A stretch of 64,000 nucleotides of DNA from Promethearchaeota archaeon (lineage in GTDB: Archaea; Asgardarchaeota; Lokiarchaeia; Sigyniarchaeales; SOKP01), in contig JAHPZA010000009.1 in assembly GCA_019058445.1 (NCBI GenBank), positions 416,001-480,000 of the forward strand. Reading direction: 5' to 3'. Positions within the stretch are counted from its first letter, which is position 1; each line of letters opens with the position of its first letter. Position numbers and translations under genes: made by a program. Of this stretch, positions 42,301 through 53,600 are shown one piece after another. Under the pieces are notes generated by a model. That model made no database searches. It worked only from the letters and a program-made list of their open reading frames with translations, and was not told where the DNA came from.

Positions 42301-45300
42301 GATAAAGGTTATGTTTTTAATTACCCACCCATTCTCATCTGATATTATGCTAATATCATCTGTCACATTAAATTGGGTATATTGTACATTAACCTTATCT
42401 CGTAGAAACCAGGAGTACGCAACAATATCTACCGTACCATCAAACGAGCCTCCAATCGTAAACTTAAAAAGATTATCTCCCGAAGGACTGCATGTATCTA
42501 AGTTAAGAGTGATCCCTTTCCACCATCCTTGAAGATAATTATATTGACTACCCAATACAGTTGCATTAGTTTTATGCCACATCCAAAACTCATTGTTAGG
42601 ATCTATAAATGTAATATTTATATCGCTCTCAGCGACGTTCCAGGAAATATTATAAATATTGAATGTTATTCGCGATAGATTCCAATCACTTGAAATTTGG
42701 GGTACTTGGAAGCTAAATGAATGGTCAGCATCTTGAAAGATAGTATCCTCGATATCTAATTGTTCAGAAATCTCACCATACGGTTTTACTGACAGGTCAA
42801 TACTCTCTAACCAGAAATCTTCTTGGAGGGAATCATCGTTCTCTGTTTGATTTAAGATCAGATCGATCTTTTGGATTTGTAAGGGAAAATATAGATCGGA
42901 GGGGATACTAAAACCCGATTTTTGAGCATATATTCGTATAATATAAAATTCCCCACTTTCCAACTTAGTGGTATCAATACTGACGTGATATCTTCCCGGA
43001 TTGCCTTCTTCAATAGAAATGGTTCCTGAGTAAATGGGAGTAACTCCAGATAAGAGCTGATATGTCATTGAATCTGCGTAAGCGGGACCTATTAACTCAG
43101 GATGACCCTTTGCTTTACTTACATTGAATAAAAAACGCAATTTCAATAATACCCCCCACTCAACCACAATATTATCTGTAGGATTTAATGAGATCAGTTC
43201 TGTACCATAATCGTTTATATCAATATCATAAATCTTTAGATTAAAAGTAGCTTTCGCAGATACGATAAAACTAATATTATTTGTTGGAGGAGGCCCGCCA
43301 TTTGTGCTATTGAACTCCAATATCCCTCCAAAAAAACTTAATTGTAAGGAATAGTTCCCATGGAGAGCGGAAGAGTTTAACCACCTTAAGGTTGCTTTTC
43401 CGGTTATATCTGTGGTTAAATTCGTGATGCTAGCTCCTATAGTGTCGTTGATTCTTAAGAGTACTTTTACTCCACTCATTGCTTTCCCATTTTCGTCCTC
43501 AACAAAGAAATCCACGGTCGTTAAATTTACTTTTACATCGAGTGTAGAATTGGGAGTAAGGAGATCTCCAGATGCCAATATAATTTCTTGAGGGTTATAG
43601 TTAGTATCGAGATAATGAACGGTATAGTTATATTCATATGGGGTGACATTTACCCACCAAAATTTTGCTGTACCATCGCTATCAATTGTACAATTTTGCA
43701 GATTGTGTGAACTATTCCCTACTATGATCCATCCAGAATCTACAGGAATACCATCAATATCTATTATATTAAAAAAATTGGGGCTAACGTTGCAGATTAA
43801 ATCCACCGTTTGAGATGTTTCATTGATTAAAATTGCTTCAGAAGTGATGTTTATGATCTCAACAAAATTACCAATATCTGAAGTCATGCTTGCCGTAAAG
43901 TTATACTCTTCTACTTCTATGTTAGTATAGGAAACACGTCCATTAATATCAGTGAAAGCACTCCGAATTAATGCCGAATTTTGATACATAGAGATATTTA
44001 CATTAGCTATTGAATTGCCATATACATCAATCGCATTAACTTGAAGATTTTCACAAATTGTAATGTTTCTTTTTATTTCGGGTCCTACTGAATAGAAATT
44101 TTCTGGAGAATGTTGATTGTTATATTCCGTTAATATCCAATTATCAGAATAAGTTCTGTTGGAAATTCTAATTTCGTCTAACATCCCATCAAAACCATAA
44201 CTCGTCCAAGAAAATTTTAACTCTTGGTCACCACTTATACTATCGAGAGTATCAATGTTAGTTCCTGAGCCAATCTCAATTCCATCCTTATAAATTCGAA
44301 TTATATCATTTGTTCTATCAACTAAACCAACAATATACATCCATTCATCTAAAATTATGTTTGCACTAGGACTTCCGATATTTTCCACTCCATCATACAC
44401 ATGAAAAGCAATGGTATTTCCACTAGGAATGATATGATAACAATATCCAGGATCCCAGATTCGGGATGATCCACCTTTATAAACAGGAAGTTGATGATCT
44501 CCAGTGCTAGCATCAACGTTTATCCATAAACTAACTGCGAAACTTTCCAGGCCAAAATCCAGATGTCCATCAGTAGGATCACCAACATTTACCGTTCCAT
44601 CAGAACCAAATTCATACGCACCATCAATTTGACCGTTTGAAGGACGCGTCACCATACCTGAAACAATTCCATCTTCATCATAAAAAGTAGAATCTTGAGT
44701 ATTCCCACTTGGTTCTGAAAGATGCCATATACCCCTATAATTAGCATTCCATACCTCCGTAGGATTTTCCTGTGAATTCATCGTGGAATTTCCATAATAC
44801 ATGCGAATAATGGTATCTATAGAAGTTGATAATTGAGGAATACGGACCCATGCGATTAATTGCGCATGGGTACTGTTAAAAGTCTGATTAAATAGTTCAA
44901 TTTCGTGATCTAACCAGCTAGATCCTAAAGCAAATGCGATATCATCGCCATCTGGTTGAACTTTATCATGGAGGTCTGAGTCTTCAAGATACATTAATAC
45001 AGGAAAATTAGTCAGACTACCTGAACCAGGGATTTTCGAACTATCAATTGTGATCAATTTATAGTAATGAAAATATTTAGCATCAGAGGGAAAGTCGTCA
45101 TCTACTTTTGTTGCATTGCTAATAGAATAAAAATCATTTGGATTATCTTGATTAGTAAATTCCGTTTTAATCCACCCTGCTGAACGATTTGTACTGGAAA
45201 TACGTACTTCATCAATGATTCCTATGAAATCGTCATAATAGTCATTTTCAGTTCCTATATATAAGTAATCATTATTAGTAATTATATCTCCAGAATATGA

Positions 45301-47325
45301 AGACGAATATACATGAACTCCATTTTTATAAAGCCGAACAGCAGAACCATCATATGTTAAAACAATATGCATCCAGTCATTTCGAGATACAGAAATCCCA
45401 GAACTAACAGAACCCGAGGTGACTCCATCCAAGGTGAAACGTACATCATTAGAACCTGTAGAGCGATAATAAAAGAGGGAATATGATCCCGAATTTTCTC
45501 CCCCTTTTGCCATGACTGAAAGGTCCCATTCATATGGGCTAACATTTGTCCATGCTTCCAACGTAATTTGTTCTGTTATATCTAGACTTGTGTCATCAGC
45601 ACAGTATATATAAGATTCTCCATCAAAATTTATAGCATTCCCTATTTTTCCATTCTTTCCAAATTCAGGATTAAGATAATTTGTTCCATGATTTTTATAA
45701 GAAGTAGAATCCTTTATCGCATTAGTTCCACCAGTAGATTCATTAAGATGCCATACTCCTTTATAATAATTATCCCATACACCATGAGGATTTTCTTGAG
45801 AAATCATTGTAGTATTACCATAATACATCCAAATCACAGTATCAGAAATGGGAGATAAAGAAGGAATTCGAACCCATGCCATGAATTGAGCGTGAGTACT
45901 ATTAAAAGTTTGATTAAATAATTCAATTTCATGATATAACCAGGTAGTACCGTTAGTAAAGGCAATATCATCACCATCCTGTTGAACTTCGGTGCGTAGA
46001 TCGGAATCAAAAATAGAAATCAGTACAGGAAAGTCAATAAGATTATTTGTTCCAGAAACTTTGGAATGGTCAATAGTTATCACTTTATAATAATTAAAAT
46101 CGGTAAAGGAAGGAATTATCACATTATTGGGGCTACTTATAGAATAAAAAGAATTAGGATCATCTTGGTTATTATATTCTGTAGTTATCCAGTCAGCTGA
46201 ACGACCAACACTAGAGATACGGATTTCATCAATAATTCCTGTAAAATTATAGCCACCTTGCCCATTTCCATGCCTACCTATCTCTATAGTGTCTCCTAAA
46301 GAATAATCAATTGTATGTGTTGTACTACTATGTTCTTTTTCAACTCCATCAATATTTATAAACATACCAGTTGAATCCTGACCCGCAACAACATAGTGGA
46401 ATTCATTATCGCTTACATTTACACCCAAAGGAGCCATATTGTGCCAAGAAGATCCATCATAGATATAAAAGCAAATTCTATCATCTGGATAAATTCTAAT
46501 AGCATAACTATCTCCTCTACTCACAATCTCTCTATTGTAAATAGAAGGATTTACTTTTATCCAAGCAGAAACTGTCAATAGATCCGATGGATCTGTATTT
46601 GTAGGATTCGGAATAGTAACGTAATCATTTACAATAAAATTATTTGCTCCATCAATTTTTCCAGTTACATTAGTAGAACCTCCTCCACCATCCTCAAAGT
46701 TCTGAGATGTACCATCGTTATTATTTGAAGTAGAGTCTTTATGACCATCTATTGTTCCATCGTTTGGCGCCTCATTTAAATGCCAGACAGCGCCATAATC
46801 ACTGTCCCAGACAGCATTAGGATTCTCCCGAGCTTTCATAATTGGATTTCCATAATACATTCGAATAATAGTATCTTTGGATGGTGAGAGAGCTGGGATT
46901 CGTACCCATGCGATTAATTGAGCATGAGTATTATTAAAGGTCTGATTAAATAATTCAATTTCATGATCTATCCATTGAAACCCATAAGTAAAGGCGATAT
47001 CGTTTCCATTTGGTTGAACCTTATCGTTATCGCGGAGATCTGTATCAAAAATAGAAATTAAAAGAGGAAAATCGATGAGATCACTAGACCCGGAAACTTT
47101 TGTATGGTCAATTGTTATTTCTTTATAGTAGGCAAAATCATCCGCATTAGGAGTATGATTTAAAGAAGTCTGAGGAGTAGTTGAATTATCATTTTTATCT
47201 TCAAATTTATAATCATCAGTACTATTAAAATTAAAATTTGAAAGATAGTAAATTTGAACAACAGTTGAAAAGAGTATGATAAACAAGATAATTATAGATT
47301 TAGTCTCTCTATTATTGAATTTCAT
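39373..47325 (-). CDS. Giant surface receptor/adhesin, copy 4 (2650 aa)
   Basis: Same architecture. TM at about 40730-40795. Tail is close to copy 5. Confidence 0.9.
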   Translation of the reverse strand: MKFNNRETKSIIILFIILFSTVVQIYYLSNFNFNSTDDYKFEDKNDNSTTPQTSLNHTPNADDFAYYKEITIDHTKVSGSSDLIDFPLLISIFDTDLRDNDKVQPNGNDIAFTYGFQWIDHEIELFNQTFNNTHAQLIAWVRIPALSPSKDTIIRMYYGNPIMKARENPNAVWDSDYGAVWHLNEAPNDGTIDGHKDSTSNNNDGTSQNFEDGGGGSTNVTGKIDGANNFIVNDYVTIPNPTNTDPSDLLTVSAWIKVNPSIYNREIVSRGDSYAIRIYPDDRICFYIYDGSSWHNMAPLGVNVSDNEFHYVVAGQDSTGMFINIDGVEKEHSSTTHTIDYSLGDTIEIGRHGNGQGGYNFTGIIDEIRISSVGRSADWITTEYNNQDDPNSFYSISSPNNVIIPSFTDFNYYKVITIDHSKVSGTNNLIDFPVLISIFDSDLRTEVQQDGDDIAFTNGTTWLYHEIELFNQTFNSTHAQFMAWVRIPSLSPISDTVIWMYYGNTTMISQENPHGVWDNYYKGVWHLNESTGGTNAIKDSTSYKNHGTNYLNPEFGKNGKIGNAINFDGESYIYCADDTSLDITEQITLEAWTNVSPYEWDLSVMAKGGENSGSYSLFYYRSTGSNDVRFTLDGVTSGSVSSGISVSRNDWMHIVLTYDGSAVRLYKNGVHVYSSSYSGDIITNNDYLYIGTENDYYDDFIGIIDEVRISSTNRSAGWIKTEFTNQDNPNDFYSISNATKVDDDFPSDAKYFHYYKLITIDSSKIPGSGSLTNFPVLMYLEDSDLHDKVQPDGDDIAFALGSSWLDHEIELFNQTFNSTHAQLIAWVRIPQLSTSIDTIIRMYYGNSTMNSQENPTEVWNANYRGIWHLSEPSGNTQDSTFYDEDGIVSGMVTRPSNGQIDGAYEFGSDGTVNVGDPTDGHLDFGLESFAVSLWINVDASTGDHQLPVYKGGSSRIWDPGYCYHIIPSGNTIAFHVYDGVENIGSPSANIILDEWMYIVGLVDRTNDIIRIYKDGIEIGSGTNIDTLDSISGDQELKFSWTSYGFDGMLDEIRISNRTYSDNWILTEYNNQHSPENFYSVGPEIKRNITICENLQVNAIDVYGNSIANVNISMYQNSALIRSAFTDINGRVSYTNIEVEEYNFTASMTSDIGNFVEIINITSEAILINETSQTVDLICNVSPNFFNIIDIDGIPVDSGWIIVGNSSHNLQNCTIDSDGTAKFWWVNVTPYEYNYTVHYLDTNYNPQEIILASGDLLTPNSTLDVKVNLTTVDFFVEDENGKAMSGVKVLLRINDTIGASITNLTTDITGKATLRWLNSSALHGNYSLQLSFFGGILEFNSTNGGPPPTNNISFIVSAKATFNLKIYDIDINDYGTELISLNPTDNIVVEWGVLLKLRFLFNVSKAKGHPELIGPAYADSMTYQLLSGVTPIYSGTISIEEGNPGRYHVSIDTTKLESGEFYIIRIYAQKSGFSIPSDLYFPLQIQKIDLILNQTENDDSLQEDFWLESIDLSVKPYGEISEQLDIEDTIFQDADHSFSFQVPQISSDWNLSRITFNIYNISWNVAESDINITFIDPNNEFWMWHKTNATVLGSQYNYLQGWWKGITLNLDTCSPSGDNLFKFTIGGSFDGTVDIVAYSWFLRDKVNVQYTQFNVTDDISIISDENGWVIKNITFILSNCRNSSDWSLIDDPTTVISKFTTYEGYNYTLENLGNGMARVIIDNMTVYPLDDQFLFDIIKSSAIMFDVNITVEYFQGFYWHQRLENISMTIIEDDFSNGGEFSLVFPDNFEDQGSFLIIKDITDGIDYFFPSELAMNITIGGQTYSISNTLQGEGSFFLGGFSKDILYSASIETNQAVNFTIIFSVSYVRTVCYETSGTVSYKIREDPDVHGIVPDYYSDESGIYFVQSIDTSLINAGEYTVEFIVSKDHYESATKKLDIKVLKRLTLINGASTDIQIYRSIYVQDAVNYTFSYTDAMLTTDITNLDIQEYRITIEGSNQQSIDYGAGNLDFDDSNNEYILDINTETLKPGIYTVWVEFDKQNYVSKFVIVTLTVNLREIDYDLGDMFEDKQVSVVKGEKITLSIELTDPTQGDIPLKGATVILEIDDDDFEFEEVEDGVYEFEFETDEYEAFFTSNTITGTIKISKANYTSEDTDITIVIEMEELEIIPGLDSQEGVSIPIFYLLILLIAITAVVGSLATYKYIQLAKIPKFVKKIRSMKAAIKKSKVIPETLSIANKEGYLVNMVSEKWDLLGLSIKDIFEIPVKKGKILPIFKKESLKSERSADLMPSGLLLMKWDERIGTELLAKYPEDIELSRKTLMQIYGAHEYTGESGMVNLIVTNLNLASYYAGPEKGYYLVLILNLEDDADAYEGGMADILQIILQNLEDDAYISMIPSLFRRLAVYPTLNREQQLMNIYHDKIKQMTINRLREEGIIDKSELMVWLKDQYKEGLFDLEVVLIELVKREIIKQVSVKGLPSELNFLTGDLIMLRIPSVELVKTPEKKGLPSQLTKVYLNEVKTFFEQYTPTELDNLKILNILADPEVYHTFQLLRSAIVTKDDLEKLKKKGVEDVSKVLNLLWDANMIKVLQDKSGTEYYALQSDFYIELVFPKYILEVIKQAYEQKSKSDKELIEYLNVLENTYLNLNAEEK

Positions 47326-47358
47326 TATAAAATTCCTTGTTTATTTTTTATTAAAACC

Positions 47359-47436
47359 GTTATTAGATAGATATTGGAACTTAAATCAACATAAAAGTAG
47401 AAGTCTTTATATTTAAATATAGTATATTTCTTCCTT
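47359..47436 (-). promoter_or_regulatory. Conserved promoter/leader of array copy 4
   Basis: GTTATTAGAT at 47359-47368 and ATATTTAAATAT at 47409-47420. The spacer is nearly identical to those of copies 3 and 5. Confidence 0.65.
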
Positions 47437-47689
47437 CAAAAGATGATTAACGACTAATATAGACCCGAGCTTTTTATTAAATATATATAAATATTTAAAC
47501 TGTTGTTGAATTAATTGGAGCTAATTCATCACAAAAAATTCAAACCTAATGGAAAATGAAAAGAATATGTATTATTATAAAGATAAATTAAATATTTATT
47601 TTCGAAATTAAAAATATTTAAGCGTCTTCAAATTTCTTCTAATTATTCAAATATTATTAATAATAAGAAAAAAATAGATATGCTACTTT

Positions 47690-50600
47690 TTATTTCTCCT
47701 CTGCTTTTAAATTGAGATAAGTATTTTCAAGAACATTCAGATATTCAATCAATTCTTTGTCACTTTTAGACTTTTGCTCGTATTCTTGCTTGATAACCTC
47801 TAGTATGTATTTTGGAAAAACAAGCTTTATATAAAAATCTGATTGGAGGGCATAATACTCCGTTCCACTCTTATCTTGAAGAACCTTAATCATATTGGCA
47901 TCCCACAGTAATTTTAAGACTTTACTCACATTTTCAACTCCTTTCTTCTTAAGTTTTTCCAGATCATCTTTCGTGACAATAGCACTTCTTAATAATTGAA
48001 ACGTCTGATAAACCTCTGGATCTGTTAAAATATTAAGAATTTTAAGATTATCGAATTCTGTGGGGGTATATTGCTCAAAGAATGTTTTGACCTCATTAAG
48101 ATAAACTTTTGTAAGTTGGGAGGGTAACCCTCTTTTTTCTGGATCCTTCAATAATTCAATTGGAGGTGTACGAAGTGTTATAAGATCACCTGTAAGAAAA
48201 TTTAATTCTGAAGGGAAGCCCTTAACCGAGACTTGTTTGATAATCTCTCTTTTTACAAGTTCTATAAGAACCACTTCCAAATCAAATAGCCCTTCTTTAT
48301 ATTGATCTTTAAGCCAAACCATTAATTCCGATTTTTCTATTATTCCTTCATCTCTTAGACGATTTATAGTCATTTGTTTTATTTTATCATGCAAGATATT
48401 CATAAGTTGCTGTTCATGATTAAAAGTGGGATACACGGCTAAACGTCGAAAAAGTGTGGGGATCATCGAGATGTAGGCATCATCTTCTAGGTTTTGGAGT
48501 ATAATTTGTAAAGTATCGGCCATTCCTCCTTCATAGGCATCCGCATCATCTTCAAGATTTAAAATTAAAACAAGATAATACGCCTTTTCTGGTCCAGCAT
48601 AATAAGAAGCTAGATTTAAATTAGTTATAATTAAATTAACCATACCTGATTCCCCTGTATATTCATGAGCTCCGTATATTTGCATTAATGTTTTACGTGT
48701 AACTTCAATATCTTCAGGATATTTAGCTAATATTTCCGTACCTATTCGTTCATCCCATTTCATAAGAAGTAATCCAGAGGGCATAAGATCAGCATTCCTC
48801 TCAGATTTCAATGATTCTTTCATAAATATAGGTAATATTTTTCTCTTTTTGACAGGAATTTCGAAAATATCTTTTATCGACAGTCCGAGCAGACCCCATT
48901 TCTCACTAACCATATTTACCAAATATCCTTCCTTATTTGTAATTGAAAGCGTTTCTGGGATCATTTTAGATTTTTTAATTGCAGCCTTCATAGATCGAAT
49001 TTTTTTGACATATTTAGGAATTTTGGCTAATTGGATATATTTATATGTTGCTAGGCTCCCTACAACGGCAATGATAGCTATAAGAAGGATTAACAAATAA
49101 AATGTTGGCATAGAGACTCCTTCTTGGGAGTCTAATCCAGGGATTATGACTAGTTCTTCCATTTCAATGACAATGGTTATATCAGTATCCTCAGAAGTGT
49201 AGTTTGCTTTTGATATTTTGATGGTACCTGTTATCGTATTTGAAGTAAAAAAGGCCTCATACTCATCTGTTTTAAATTCTAATTCATACACCCCATCCTC
49301 CTCCTCTTCAAATTCAAAATCATCTCCTTCAATCTCTAATATTACCGTTGCTCCTTTTAACGGAATATCTCCTTGAGTTGGATCGGTTAATTCAATCGAA
49401 AGAGTAATTTTTTTGCCTTTTACTACACTAACTTGCTTATCTTCAAACATATCCCCCAGTTCATAATCAATTTCTCTCATATTAACCGTTAAAGTAACTA
49501 TTACAAATTTAGAAACATAGTTCTGTTTATCGAATTCGACCCATACCGTATAGATTCCAGGTTTTAAGGTCTCAGTATTAATATCTAAAATATACTTATT
49601 ATTATTATCATCAAAATCCAGATTTCCAGCACCATAATCAATTGATTGCTGATTTGGGCCTTTAATTGTAATTCTATATTCTTGGATATCTAAGTTTAGG
49701 ATATCAGTGGTTAAAACAGCATCATTATATGAAAAAGTATAATTCACTGCATCTTGTACATAGATGCTTCGATATAACTGAATATCAGTCGAAACCCCAT
49801 TAATCAACGTCAAACGCTTCATTACTTTTATATCCAATTCTTTTGTGTCAGAATTGTAATGATCTTTTGAAACTGTAAATTCTACAGTATATTCCCCAGC
49901 ATTAATTAAAGATGTATCAATAGTTTGTACAAAATATATGCCTGATGCATCAGTATAATAATCTAGTACAGATCCAAATACATCTGGTTCTTCTCGAATT
50001 TTAAAAGATACCGTCCCAGAAGTCTCATAACATACAGTTCTTACATAACTTACACTAAAAATAATCGTAAAATTAACAGCTTGATTGGTTTCTATACTCG
50101 CTAAATAAAGCATATCCTTGGTAAATCCTCCCAAGAATAACGAACCCTCTCCCTGAAGTGTATTCGAAATACTATAGGTTTGACCTCCGATAGTAATGTT
50201 CATGGCTAACTCCGATGGATAAAAATAGTCAATGCCATCAGTAATTTCTTTAATTAATAAAAAACTGCCCTGATCTTCAAAATTATTGTTAAAAACAATA
50301 CTGAATTCTCCTCCATTACTAACGCCGCGTTCAATTACCCTTATGCTAATATTTTCTAAGCGTTGATACCAATAAAATCCCTGATAATATTCCACTGTAA
50401 TATTGACATCAAACATAATAGCTAAAGATTTAATAATATCAAAAAGGAATTGATTATCTACGGGATAAATTGTTATATTATCAATAATGATTTTTCCCGT
50501 TCCAATTCCATGGGAACTAAAAGTATAATTATAACCATCATTTGTCGAAATCTTTGATATCGCTGTGATGGGATCTATTAAACTCCAATCTGTAATATTA

Positions 50601-53600
50601 CGACAATTATAGAGGGTAAAGGTTATGTTTTTAATTACCCACCCATTCTCATCTGATATTATGCTAATATCATCTGTCACATTAAATTGACTATATTCCA
50701 CATTGACTTTATCTCGCAGAAACCAAGAATATGCGACAATATCTACAGTGCTATCAAATGAGCCTCCAATCGTAAAATTAAAAAGATTATCTCCCGTAGG
50801 ACTGCATGTATCTAAGTCAAGAGTGATCCCTTTCCACCATCCTTGAAGATAATTGTATTGACTGCCCAATACAGTCGCATTGGTTTCATGCCACATCCAA
50901 AACTCATTGTTAGGATCTACTATGGTAATATTTATATCATCCTCAGCGATGTTCCAGGATATATTATAAATATTGAATGTAATTCGCGATAGATTCCAAT
51001 CACTTGAAATTTCGGGCACTACGAAGCTAAATGAATGGTCAACATCTTGAAAAATAGTATCTTCGATAAGGATCTCTTCAGAAATTTCACCATATGGTTT
51101 TACTGACAGATCAATATTCTCTAACCAAAAATCCTCTTGAAGAGAATCATCATTTTCTGTTTGATTTAATATCAAATCGATCTTTTGGATTTGTAAGGGA
51201 AAATATAAATCCGAAGGAATACTAAAACCTGATTTTTGAGCAAAAATTCGTATAAGATAAAATTCCCCACTTTCCAACTTAGTGGTATCAATACTGACTT
51301 GGTGTCTTCCCGGATTGCCCTCTTCTATAGAGATGGTTCCTGAATAGATGGGAGTTATTCCGAATAAGAGCTGATATGTCATTGAATCTGCGTAAGCGGG
51401 ACCTAATAACTCAGGATGACCCTTTGCTTTACTTACATTAAATAAAAACCGCAATTTCAATAGTGCCTCCCATTCCACCGCAATACTATCTTTTGGATTT
51501 AACGAAATTATTTCTGTTCCGTAATCGGCTATATCAATATCATAAATCTTTAGATTAAAAGTAGCTTTCGCAGATACGATAAAACTAATATTATTTGTTG
51601 GAGGAGGCCCGCCATTTGTGCTATTGAACTCCAATATCCCTCCAAAAAAACTTAATTGTAAGGAATAGTTCCCATGGAGAGCGGAAGAGTTTAACCACCT
51701 TAAGGTTGCTTTTCCAGTTATATCAGTGGTTAAGTTGGTGATACTAGCTCCTGAAGTGTCGTTGATTCTTAAGATTACTTTTACTCCACTCATTGCTTTC
51801 CCATTTTCGTCCTCAACAAAGAAATCTACGGTCGTTAAATTTACTTTTACATCGAGTGTAGAATTGGGAGTAAGGAGATCTCCAGATGCCAATATAATTT
51901 CTTGAGGGTTATAGTTAGTATCGAGATAATGAACGGTATAGTTATATTCATATGGGGTGACATTTACCCACCAAAATTTTGCTGTACCATCGCTATCAAT
52001 TGTACAATTTTGCAGATTGTGTGAACTATTCCCTACTATGATCCATCCAGAATCTACAGGAATACCATCAATATCTATTATATTAAAAAAATTAGTGCTA
52101 ACATTGCAGATTAAATCCACCGTTTGAGACGTTTCATTAATTAAAATTGTTTCGGAGGTAGTGTTTATGATTTCTACATGATTCCCTATATCTGAAGTCA
52201 TACTTGCCGTAAAATTATACTCTCCCACATCTATTTTTGTATAGAAAACACTTCCATTAATGTCAGTGAAAGCACTCCTAATTAATTCAGAATTACGATA
52301 CATAGAAATATTTACATTAATAAGTGGATTACCATATAAATCAATCGCATTAACTTGGAGGTCATCACAAATAGTAATATTCAATGATATTTCTGATCCT
52401 ATAGAATAAAAACTACCGGGAGTATGTTGATTGAGATATTCTGTCAAAATCCAATTATCAGAATATAATCTATCTGAAATTCTAATTTCATCTAAAATTC
52501 CATCAAAGTCATTGCTAGTTAAGGAAAATTGAAGATCTTCTGTTCCATTTAGGTCTCCAAGAGTATTAATATTAGTACCTGAGTTTATCTCAGTTCCGTT
52601 TTTATAAATACGAATTTTATCGTTATTTCTATCAATCACTCCAACAATATACATCCATTCATCTAAATCTATACTAGCACTGGAACTTACACTATTTTCA
52701 TCTCCATCTGCTGCATGATATGCAAGATTATTTCCACCAGGATCAATAGAAAAACAATAACCTTTATCAGAGGTACTTGATGCTCCCTTATAGAGAGGGA
52801 GTTGGGTTATACCCGTACTGCTATCAACATTTATCCAAATACTAACAGTAAAACTTCCCGTTCCGAAATCAAAATGCCCATCATTAGGATCACCTAAATT
52901 AACCGTTCCATCAGTACCAAACTCATATGCACCATCAATTTGCCCAGTTGAAGAGCGGGTCACTGCACCTGAAATCGCTCCATCTTCCCCATAAGATGTA
53001 GAATCCAGAGCATTCCCACTTGATTCAGAAAGGTGCCATACTCCCATATAATTGGCATTCCATACTCCTGTGGGATTTTCCTGTGAATCCATCGTGGAAT
53101 TTCCATAATACATGCGAATTGTAGTATCTATAGAGGTTGATAATTGAGGAATGCGAACCCAAGCCGTTAACTGCGCATGGGTACTGTTAAATGTTTGATT
53201 AAATAGTTCAATTTCGTGGTCTAACCACGTAGATCCTAATGCAAAGGCAATATCATCGCCATTAGCTTGAACTTTATTACTATCATGTAAATCTGAATCT
53301 TCAAGATATATTAATACGGGAAAGTTTGAATGACTACCAGATCCGAAAACTCTTGTATGGTCAATATTGATGATTTTATAGTGTCTAAAATACATTGCTT
53401 CTGGTGGAGCATCTTCAATTGTTTTTGTAGCATTAGTAATAGAATAAAACGTGTTTGGATCATTTTGATTGTCATATTCTGTTTTTATCCAATCAGCTGA
53501 ACGAGCTGTATCAGAAATTCGAACTTCATCAATTAATCCATTAAAATCATTATCTCCAGGAGTATATGGTGGTTCTTCCATAGCTGAACCTAGGGAAATA

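Noticed and set aside
14845-49100. Short + strand ORFs recurring inside the giant genes (e.g. 14845, 23199, 32017, 34033, 42311, 48849)
   Set aside because: Antisense shadows of the coding strand. They recur only because the host genes are paralogous.
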